Assembly (NCBI GenBank): GCA_050015875.1
Contig: JBEKAP010000002.1
Span: forward strand, 1 to 32,696
Length of the DNA: 32,696 nt
Origin: Candidatus Dormibacteria bacterium
GTDB lineage: Bacteria; Chloroflexota; Dormibacteria; Aeolococcales; Aeolococcaceae
Direction: 5' to 3'
Made by a program: the position numbers and the translations under genes. Under the pieces are notes generated by a model. The model had not been told where the DNA came from and ran no database searches. It saw only the letters and a list, made by a program, of their open reading frames with translations. Positions 26,331-32,696 of this stretch are shown piece after piece (position 1 is the first letter of the stretch; each line of letters begins with the position of its first letter).

Positions 26331-27197
26331 ATGCCCACCGCCCCGCCGGGCGCCGGGCTGGGGCGCGCCCATGGGCATCGCAGGCGCCGCCCGCCGACGC
26401 GCTCTCAGCTCCGCCACCACTCGAGGGGCAGGGGCGATGTCGCACCATCTTCGGTTGTGCCCGCCACGGTTCGGGGCTTCCCCGCGCAGTTTCCGGTCCG
26501 GCGAGACGGCCGCCGTCCCTGGCGCTACCGGCTCACCGCCGGGCTCTGCGGCATCTGCCTGCGGGTGCTCTTCTTCCGCCGGCTCAGGTTCGAGGGGAGC
26601 GCGAACGTCCCCCTCGAGGGTCCGCTGGTGGTCGCCTCCAACCACATCAGCAACTGGGACGGGCTGATCATCGGCTCCTTCTTCTCCGGCACCCTCTTCG
26701 CGATGGTCAAGCGGGAGGTCTTCCAGCCGGCGCCGCTCGCCTGGCTGCTCGGCGGCTGCAACTGCTTCCCCGTGGACCGGGGCACCGCCGACCGCCGCGC
26801 GCTCCGGATCAGCCTCGACATCCTGCGGGGTCGCGGGCGGCTGCTCGTCTTCGTCGAGGGCCACCGCTCCCGGGGCCGGGGCATGGGGCCCGCGGAGGCG
26901 GGCGCGGGGTTTCTGGTGCGCCGCACCCAGGCGGCGGTGCTGCCGGTTGCGATCTGGGGTACCGAGCGCGCGCTGGTCCGGAGCGGCGGGCTGCTGCCCC
27001 GCCGCGCGCACCTCCACGTCCGCTATGGGCGCCCGGTGACAGTCTCGGGGCGCCGGGACCGGGAGATCGCCGACGCCATCGCCAGTGAGGTGGCGTCACT
27101 GCTGCCGCCCCGGTACGCGGGAGTCCACGGATCGGCGTCCGCTCGAGCGGACCGGCCGGCCACGGAAACCGCCGCTCTCGCCGGCGACCGGCCCTGA
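26331..27197 (+). CDS. plsC: 1-acyl-sn-glycerol-3-phosphate (lysophospholipid) acyltransferase, PlsC family
   Basis: Acyltransferase motif I is NHISNWD. Other motifs are FPVDRG, LVFVEGHRSRG and VLPVAIWGTE. The start is uncertain: ATG 26331 lies only 16 nt from the tRNA 5' end, where the tRNA promoter should be. In-frame GTG 26457 would give a more typical N-terminal length. Confidence 0.75.
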   Translation: MPTAPPGAGLGRAHGHRRRRPPTRSQLRHHSRGRGDVAPSSVVPATVRGFPAQFPVRRDGRRPWRYRLTAGLCGICLRVLFFRRLRFEGSANVPLEGPLVVASNHISNWDGLIIGSFFSGTLFAMVKREVFQPAPLAWLLGGCNCFPVDRGTADRRALRISLDILRGRGRLLVFVEGHRSRGRGMGPAEAGAGFLVRRTQAAVLPVAIWGTERALVRSGGLLPRRAHLHVRYGRPVTVSGRRDREIADAIASEVASLLPPRYAGVHGSASARADRPATETAALAGDRP

Positions 27198-27212
27198 CCG
27201 CTCGGGGTCAGG
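27193..27212. terminator. Short bidirectional hairpin containing both convergent stop codons
   Basis: CCTGACC-gctcgg-GGTCAGG, a 7-bp stem. The plsC TGA (27195-27197) and the reverse-strand TGA (tca 27208-27210) each sit in one arm. Confidence 0.3.
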
Positions 27213-27708
27213 CCGGCGGCGTGCCCTCGGCCGGCTTCTCGAGGCTCTCCAGGCAGGTGAAGGCGACCACCTCCTTGGTGTCGGGCGCCGAGTCGAAGCG
27301 GACGATCGCGGTCTGGCTGAGCACCGTCTCGACCCTGCCGGTGGTGCCGACGGGGTAGTTGCCGATCAGCGTGCCCGTGCGGGGGCGGGTGTTCTGGATG
27401 AGCACAACCCGCTCGCCGACGGCGAACGGAGGAGGCGGCTCCTCCCGGGCGCTGGGCGGGCGGCCCGGCTGAGGCCGCACCGGGGGCGGGAGGACGGGGC
27501 CGACCACGGGGTCAGCCTCCTCCTCGTCGTCCACCTGGACCACGGCGTCGTCGACCAGGTCGACGTCGACGACATCGGGGATCTCGACCTCGGGGATCTC
27601 GACCTCGGGGACGTCGTGGACCTCGCCGACGACCAGCTCGAGGTCATCGTCGTCGCCCGCAACGGCGTCCAGGTCAGCGGGCTCGTCGTCTAGATCGTCG
27701 CCAGCCAT
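27208..27708 (-). CDS. Hypothetical 166-aa protein: highly acidic disordered N-terminus, Pro-rich spacer, small C-terminal beta (SH3-like, DUF4926-like?) domain
   Basis: ATG 27708 is preceded by GAGAAGGGGAAC. The track start 27963 overlaps the divergent GT2 gene and is rejected. Of the first 70 residues, 29 are D/E and none are K/R. The C-terminus is FAVGERVVLIQNTRPRTGTLIGNYPVGTTGRVETVLSQTAIVRFDSAPDTKEVVAFTCLESLE. GC3 is high throughout. The domain name is a tentative recollection. Confidence 0.55.
   Translation of the reverse strand: MAGDDLDDEPADLDAVAGDDDDLELVVGEVHDVPEVEIPEVEIPDVVDVDLVDDAVVQVDDEEEADPVVGPVLPPPVRPQPGRPPSAREEPPPPFAVGERVVLIQNTRPRTGTLIGNYPVGTTGRVETVLSQTAIVRFDSAPDTKEVVAFTCLESLEKPAEGTPPA
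27577..27611. repeat. Exact 15-nt tandem duplication (ggggatctcgacctc x2 plus a partial third copy)
   Basis: 27577-27591 is identical to 27592-27606, followed by gggga. It encodes EVEIP-EVEIP in the acidic protein. Confidence 0.7.
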
Positions 27709-27773
27709 GTTCCCCTTCTCGTCTTGGGATGAGTGCTGAGAGAGCGAGGATACCGCCTCGCCAGCCCGGTGCC

Positions 27774-27814
27774 GCCCGGGTGTGGAGGGGAGAGTTGCCA
27801 AGGCCCACCCGGGC
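27774..27814. promoter_or_regulatory. 9-bp perfect inverted repeat in the acidic-protein / GT2 divergent intergenic region
   Basis: GCCCGGGTG (27774-27782) and CACCCGGGC (27806-27814) are separated by 23 nt. This is either an operator-like palindrome or a 5'-UTR hairpin 22 nt upstream of the GT2 ATG 27836. If GTG 27782 were the real start, it would be coding. Confidence 0.3.
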
Positions 27815-27835
27815 GTCAGCCTAGAATCGGGCACG

Positions 27836-29359
27836 ATGGCGGTTCGTACCTGGACGGCACTCTCCCCCCGAGCCCAGCAGCGCGCCCTCGAGATCGCCCC
27901 GGGGGCGATGACCTGGGCGGTGCTGTTGACCCCTTTGATCGTCGGCTTCGCCATCCGGTTCAACGATCCCGCCGACCTCTGGGTGCTGGGACTGGGAGCC
28001 GTGCTCCTCGATGCCTACTGGTTTCTCCGCACCGCGGTCACCGTCTACTTCGTGTGGCGCTCACTCCATGAGCTGCACCGCGTCGAGGCCACCGACTGGT
28101 GGGCCGAATGCGAGGCCATCCAGCCCTCCGAGGGCGCGCTTGGACCCAACGACATCACCCACTGCGTGCTCATCCCCACCTATACGGAGCGCTACGAGGT
28201 GCTGCGCGCCACCGTCGACGCACTCGTCGCCCAGCACTACCCGGACCAGCTCAAGGTCTGCGCCATCATCACTCGGGAGACCGACCTGGCCGGCTGTGAG
28301 AATGTCGCCCGGCTGCGCCGGGAGCTAGGGGGTCGCTTCCGCGCCTTCATCCACATCAAGGACCCGTTGCTTCCCGGGATCGTGGTCGGCAAGTCGGCGG
28401 CGATGGCCTATGGCGGACCGGTGCTGCGCCGCCATTGCGACGAGCTCGGGCTGGATCCCACCCGGACGCTGATCACCGACCTCGACTCCGACTTCCGCCT
28501 GCACCCGGAGTATTTCGCCTACATCACCTGGAACTTCCTGCACGTCGATCGCGCGCTGACCTCGATCTGGCAGCCGGTGCCCGTCTTCCTGAACAACCTG
28601 TGGCGGGTGCCGGCGGCGGTCCGGGTGATGGCGACGGCGGCGACGCAGTGGCAGATGTTCCTCCACCAGCATCCCGAGCGCCTGGTCATGTTCTCCTCGT
28701 ACACCATGTCGATGAAGCTGCTCACCGAGGCTGGGTACTGGGACGACGATGTCATCCCCGAGGACTCACGCTTCTTCTGGAAGGCCTTCTTCCGCTACGG
28801 CGAGCAGCTCCAGGTGCGGCCCGCCTTCCTCCCCGTCTTCGGCGATGCTCCACGAGCGCGCGACTACGCCGCCACCCACGTCAGCCAGTACAACCAGATC
28901 AAGCGCTGGGCCTGGGGTGCGACCGACGTGCCCTACGTCTGCGTGCGGCTGCTCAATCATCCGGAGATTCCCTGGAGGCTGCGGGCACAGCGCTTCCGCT
29001 TCCTGATGTTCAACCACCTCACCTGGGCGACACTGCCCCTCCTGTTGCCCATCGGGGGTTCGCTGCCGGCGCTCATCGATCTCGACTACAGCCTCTCTCC
29101 GACCGCCACCGCGCTCGGGCTGCTGACCACCGTCATCCTCACCATGACCCTGCTCAACACCCTGGTCCTGATCGTGGTGGACCGGGCGATGTGCCCCAAG
29201 CCCAGCGAGTGGGGCAGGTGGCGCCGCCTCTACGCCGATTTCCAGCTCTTCCTCTACCCGGTGGTCGGGCTGGCGCTGTCGGTCATCCCCGCCTTGGAGG
29301 CGCAAACCCGCCTGATGTTCGGCGCTTACCTGGAGTATCGGGTCACCGACAAGGAGTGA
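27836..29359 (+). CDS. Integral-membrane family-2 glycosyltransferase of the processive (QxxRW) type
   Basis: N-terminal TM pair (MTWAVLLTPLIVGFAI, LWVLGLGAVLLDAYWFL). The GT-A core has CVLIPTYTERYEVL, DLDSD (DxD) and QYNQIKRWAWG (Q-x-x-RW). C-terminal TMs include LTWATLPLLLPIGGSL and LGLLTTVILTMTLLNTLVLIVV. GTG 27782 is the alternative start. Confidence 0.75.
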   Translation: MAVRTWTALSPRAQQRALEIAPGAMTWAVLLTPLIVGFAIRFNDPADLWVLGLGAVLLDAYWFLRTAVTVYFVWRSLHELHRVEATDWWAECEAIQPSEGALGPNDITHCVLIPTYTERYEVLRATVDALVAQHYPDQLKVCAIITRETDLAGCENVARLRRELGGRFRAFIHIKDPLLPGIVVGKSAAMAYGGPVLRRHCDELGLDPTRTLITDLDSDFRLHPEYFAYITWNFLHVDRALTSIWQPVPVFLNNLWRVPAAVRVMATAATQWQMFLHQHPERLVMFSSYTMSMKLLTEAGYWDDDVIPEDSRFFWKAFFRYGEQLQVRPAFLPVFGDAPRARDYAATHVSQYNQIKRWAWGATDVPYVCVRLLNHPEIPWRLRAQRFRFLMFNHLTWATLPLLLPIGGSLPALIDLDYSLSPTATALGLLTTVILTMTLLNTLVLIVVDRAMCPKPSEWGRWRRLYADFQLFLYPVVGLALSVIPALEAQTRLMFGAYLEYRVTDKE

Positions 29360-29417
29360 TCGACGCCTGAGGCGGAGACTAGACTGGGGTCACATTCCGT
29401 TCGAGGCCCGCGCTGCA

Positions 29418-29446
29418 GCCGGCCTGCCGTCAGCTGGACGGCCGGC
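29418..29446 (+). terminator. GC-rich hairpin between GT2 and the catalase gene
   Basis: gccg-gcct-GCCGTC-agctg-GACGGC-cggc: a 6-bp inner stem plus a 4-bp outer stem. It lies 59 nt after the GT2 stop and 30 nt before the catalase ATG. There is no U-tract. Confidence 0.3.
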
Positions 29447-29476
29447 GCGAAAGCGCGATCAGGGAGGAGCATCGCG

Positions 29477-30867
29477 ATGTCCGAGAAAGCTCCCGTGACC
29501 ACCACCGACGCTGGCATCCCGGTGCCGAGCGACGAGCACTCCCTGACCGTCGGGGACAGCGGGCCGATCCTGCTCCAGGACCACTTCCTGATCGAGAAGA
29601 TGGCGCAGTTCAACCGCGAGCGGGTGCCGGAACGCGTGGTCCACGCCAAGGGCGGCGGGGCCCACGGCTACTTCGAGGTCACCGAGGATGTCAGCCGCTG
29701 GACCAGGGCCGCTCCGCCGACACGGCGCGTGACCCGCGCGGCTTCGCGGTCAAGTTCTACACCGACGAGGGCAACTACGATCTGGTCGGCAACAACACCC
29801 CAGTCTTCTTCATCCGCGACCCCAGCAAGTTCTCCGACTTTATCCACTCCCAGAAGCGCCTCCCCGACAGCCACCTGCGCAGCGCCACCATGCAGTGGGA
29901 CTTCTGGTCGCTCTCGCCGGAGTCGATGCATCAGGTGATGATCCTGATGAGCGACCGGGGCACCCCCTACAGCTGGCGCCACATGAACGGCTATGGCAGC
30001 CACACGTTCAAGTGGGTCAACGCCGCCGGCGAGGCGGTGTGGGTCAAGTACCACTTCAAGAGCGAGTCGGGCATCCGCAACTTCACCGACGCCGAGGCCA
30101 AGGCGATGAGCGCGGAGGATCCGGACTTCCACATCCGGGATCTCTTCCAGCACCTCGCCGGGGGCGGCGAGGCGGCCTGGCGCCTGGAGGTTCAGATCAT
30201 GCCGCTGGCTGATGCCGACGGCTACCGGTTCAACCCGTTCGACCTCACCAAGGTGTGGCCCCACAAGGACTATCCCGCGATCACCATCGGCCGCATGGTC
30301 CTCAACCGCAACCCGGGCAACTACTTCGCGGAGGTGGAGCAGGCGGCTTTCGAGCCGTCCAACATGGTGCCGGGCGTCGAAACCTCTCCCGACAAGATGC
30401 TGCTCGGCCGTCTCTTCTCCTACCCGGACGCACATCGCTACCGGATTGGGGCCAACTACCAGCAGCTGCCCATCAACCAGCCCCGTTCCCCGATTCACAG
30501 CTACAACGTTGACGGTCCGATGCGCTACCGGCACGCGGGTGACCAGCCGGCCTACGCGCCCAACAGCCTGGGCGGTCCGGCAGCGGACCCGTCCCGCTAC
30601 GGCGAGAGTTCGTCGCACGTCGAGGGCAATCTGGTCCGCTCCCCCTACCGGCTGCACGCGGAGGACGACGACCATACCCAGGCGGGCATGCTGTACCGCG
30701 ACGTCATGGGCGACGTCGAACGCGAGCGTCTGGTCGCCAACCTCACCGGCCATCTCTCCGAGGTGGACGTGGAGGCGGTGTTGGAACGGTCCCTCGCCTA
30801 CCTTCGCCAGATCGACGGCGGGCTGGGCGCACGGGTGGCGGCCGGACTGGGCCGGGGCAAGGGCTGA
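29477..30867 (+). pseudogene. katA: Monofunctional haem catalase (small-subunit type) disrupted by a frameshifting internal deletion near nt 29712
   Basis: RBS GGGAGGAG at 29462-29469. In the reading frame set by ATG 29477 the translation is [16 protein letters not shown]...[35 protein letters not shown], then nonsense to 29938. From 29713, in a different reading frame, the catalase sequence resumes: [40 protein letters not shown]...[10 protein letters not shown]...RLFSYPDAHRYRIGANYQQLPIN..., ending at 30867. About 23 residues, including the conserved RFSTV segment, are missing between the two pieces. The track shows the pieces as 29477..29938 and 29890..30867. Confidence 0.8.
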
Positions 30868-30939
30868 CCGTCCCCCGGCTACGAGCCCTCCGAGGAGCGG
30901 GAGGAGATGTGCGCGGCGCGCCTCGTGAGGTCCTCCCCG

Positions 30940-32163
30940 TCAGAGGCTGACCGGGCGCCCGCTCAGGACCTCCGCCGCCAGCAGGTACGCGCCCGCGCTC
31001 CAGCTCTGGCCGGGTGCCCCCTCGGGCTCTCCGGTCCGCGCGTCGATCCACTCGTGGAAGCCCCACCCAGGTCCAGAGGTCCGGTTGAGCCGGTTCGCCG
31101 CAGTCAGCCGGGTGAACTCGGCACCGGCCTCCGCCACCATCCCGACTCGCTGCAGGGCGACCACGTAGAGGGCGCCGATGAAGGGCCAGACGCCGCCGTT
31201 GTGGTACCGGCCGGGGGGGTTGCGCCAGCGCTCGTCCTGGAAGCCCTCCAGGTCGTGCCGGTACATCCCCCAGCGGTCGCCGGGCTCGAAGCTCCGGGTG
31301 TAGGTTGGCATCGGATAGGGGACGCCGGCCGCGCTCCGGTGCAGGAACTCCATGATCAGCCGGGCTCGCTCGGGGGCGGCGATCCCGTACAGGATCGCGA
31401 GCACGTTGCCCAGGACGTCGCACTCGTCCACGTAGCGGCCCCCGTCGACGTGGGAGAGATAGTGACGCCGGTCGTCGCGCATCGCGTCGCGGCGAGCGGC
31501 CGGGCCGACCGGGTGGGGGAAGTCGGCGTCGGAGCCGGGCGGATGCCCGACTCCCTGGAGGAGCTCGCCGTGGTCGGAGCCGGGTTCCGGCCAGAGTAGA
31601 AGGTCGATCTTGCGGCGGAGCAGCGCGGCTCGCGCCCGGTATTGCTCGGCGTCGCCCGGGAAGATCTCCGCCATGCCGAGCAGCGCCCGGTGGTAGAGGG
31701 CATTGACGTAGAGCAGCTTCCCCGCGCGCTGCAGCGTCGAGTCCATCCAATCTCCACCGGACGGGGAGTCGATGAGGGTGAACTGGTTGGCGTCCTGGTC
31801 CGCCAGCCAGAGGATCGCCCGCCGCAGGTGCGGCCTCAAGCGGCGCTGGAGCCGGTCATCCGGATGCGCGTTGAGGTGCTGAGAGGCGGCCACCACGAAG
31901 AGGCAGGTTGCGTCGGTGCAGCCTGCCTCGTGGAAGTCCCAGTAGCCCCGGCGGGGCCACCAGGCGTTGGGCAGCTGCCCGGACGCCGCTTGGAGTTGAG
32001 CCAGCCCCACCAGGCTGCGCGCCACCGCCCCGACCAGCTCAGGGTCGGCGGAGACGTTGACCCCGAGTGAGGCAAAGGCCACATCACGGGTCCACACGGC
32101 GGCGTAATGGGGGAGCTCCGCGGAGGCGAGCAGCCCTTCCGGGGCGGCGGCGGCCCGGAGCAC
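30940..32163 (-). CDS. Six-hairpin (alpha/alpha)6 glycoside hydrolase, GH100 neutral-invertase / amylo-alpha-1,6-glucosidase (GDE_C)-like
   Basis: YAAVWTRDVAF..., GGDWMDSTLQRAGKLLYVNALYHRAL, YHNGGVWPFIGALYVVAL and GFHEWIDARTGEPEGAPGQSWSAGAYLLAAEV are typical of this superfamily. The GTG 32163 start has no SD. The frame is open upstream as far as the trpS stop, but no ATG/GTG/TTG occurs there. Confidence 0.6.
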   Translation of the reverse strand: MLRAAAAPEGLLASAELPHYAAVWTRDVAFASLGVNVSADPELVGAVARSLVGLAQLQAASGQLPNAWWPRRGYWDFHEAGCTDATCLFVVAASQHLNAHPDDRLQRRLRPHLRRAILWLADQDANQFTLIDSPSGGDWMDSTLQRAGKLLYVNALYHRALLGMAEIFPGDAEQYRARAALLRRKIDLLLWPEPGSDHGELLQGVGHPPGSDADFPHPVGPAARRDAMRDDRRHYLSHVDGGRYVDECDVLGNVLAILYGIAAPERARLIMEFLHRSAAGVPYPMPTYTRSFEPGDRWGMYRHDLEGFQDERWRNPPGRYHNGGVWPFIGALYVVALQRVGMVAEAGAEFTRLTAANRLNRTSGPGWGFHEWIDARTGEPEGAPGQSWSAGAYLLAAEVLSGRPVSL

Positions 32164-32337
32164 AGAGAGCGCCTGACCGACGCCCTCGGCGAGATCGGAG
32201 GAGGCCTCAGTCCCGATGCCCGCTCTCGACGTCGCGGTACTCCCCGGGGCTGACCACGGTTCCGGGGGCGAAGCGGACCGCTTGCTTGGACACCTTCGAA
32301 GCCCTCGATCTCTGAGAGGTGGCGGCGAGCACCGAGT

Positions 32338-32696
32338 CTAGCCCGCGCTGCTGGAGACGGCCAGCCCGCAGGCCTCACGTGCCATGTCGAGGGTCTGCCG
32401 AGCCGCGACGCGGGCACGCCGCGCGCCGTCGGCGAGGACGTCGTCGACCAGATGTGGCTGCGCGGCGAGCTCGTCACGCCTCTCGCGCATCGGGGCGAAG
32501 TGGTCGGCGATCGCCTCCGCGAGCCATCGCTTGACCTCGACGCAGCCGGTCCGCGCCCCCCGCTCGCCCTGCCAGATCTCTGCCACCCGGTCAGCGCTGA
32601 AGAAGCTGTGGAGGATGCAGACGTTGCAGTGCTCGGGGTGGCCGGGGTCGCTGCGGCGCGGCCGCTCGACGTCGGTGACCATGGTCATCACCGTCT
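32338..32696 (-). CDS. trpS: Tryptophan--tRNA ligase, C-terminal part (5' end beyond the window edge)
   Basis: The C-terminal ~118 aa, ...DPGHPEHCNVCILHSFFS...GCVEVKRWLAEAIADHFAPMRERRDELAAQPHLVDDVLADGARRARVAARQTLDMAREACGL, match the TrpRS anticodon-binding helical tail (C-x-x-K..LAE.I...L.P.RER..EL...P..V.D.L..GA.RAR..A..T). The frame stays open to nt 32696. Stop TAG 32338-32340. Confidence 0.75.
   Translation of the reverse strand, partial: TVMTMVTDVERPRRSDPGHPEHCNVCILHSFFSADRVAEIWQGERGARTGCVEVKRWLAEAIADHFAPMRERRDELAAQPHLVDDVLADGARRARVAARQTLDMAREACGLAVSSSAG

Noticed and set aside
26245-26460. tRNA-Lys as a possible integration hotspot or genomic-island boundary
   Set aside because: No integrase, direct repeat of the tRNA 3' end, or compositional shift occurs on either side. 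The flanks are pyrD and plsC, both core genes.
32164-32337. Stop-free, same-frame continuity between the trpS stop and the glycosidase GTG start (possible readthrough, fusion or longer N-terminus)
   Set aside because: The two genes are in the same frame, but a TAG at 32338-32340 separates them. The 58 intervening codons contain no ATG/GTG/TTG, and most read as non-protein-like (RCPSKRSASPPEPWSAPGSTATSRAG). A 58-codon open stretch is unremarkable at this GC content. Only the last ~15 codons look protein-like, so a non-canonical start cannot be excluded.

Overview
This is a high-GC (~70%) chromosomal window whose gene content looks like the core genome of an actinobacterium-like (terrabacterial) organism. 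Calls rest on my own reading of the translations, start-codon context and third-position GC; no searches were run.

Left to right:
- a partial RHH antitoxin-like gene running off the left edge, next to a striking AT-rich hexamer repeat
- sucC-sucD
- a convergent cytoplasmic LacI-type-sensor/GAF-like/PAS/GGDEF diguanylate cyclase
- an LCP-family enzyme abutting a 6-phosphofructokinase, followed by a strong terminator hairpin
- a small two-TM protein
- an Ada-AlkA fusion plus Ogt, the alkylation-repair pair known from mycobacteria
- a minus-strand run of ICMT-family methyltransferase, Ig-repeat surface protein and orphan sensor kinase
- a tightly overlapping pyrimidine operon, pyrB-pyrR-pyrC-carA/carB-pyrK-pyrD
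- tRNA-Lys(UUU)
- a PlsC-type acyltransferase
- a very acidic small protein divergent from a processive-type GT2
- a frameshifted catalase
- a six-hairpin glycosidase
- the 3' end of trpS

I found no CRISPR array, transposase, integrase or recognisable defence gene, and I do not see a convincing novel multi-gene system. The most notable observations are:
- carA and carB form one uninterrupted reading frame.
- The catalase gene is broken by a frameshifting internal deletion.
- pyrR sits inside the pyr operon, and there is a candidate PyrR-binding hairpin upstream of pyrB.
- The diguanylate cyclase carries a LacI-type sensor domain with no HTH.
- There is an acidic-protein/GT2 divergent pair.
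- There is a kinase/Ig-protein/methyltransferase cluster.

Many long ORFs in the supplied track are antisense shadows of real genes, as expected at this GC content.
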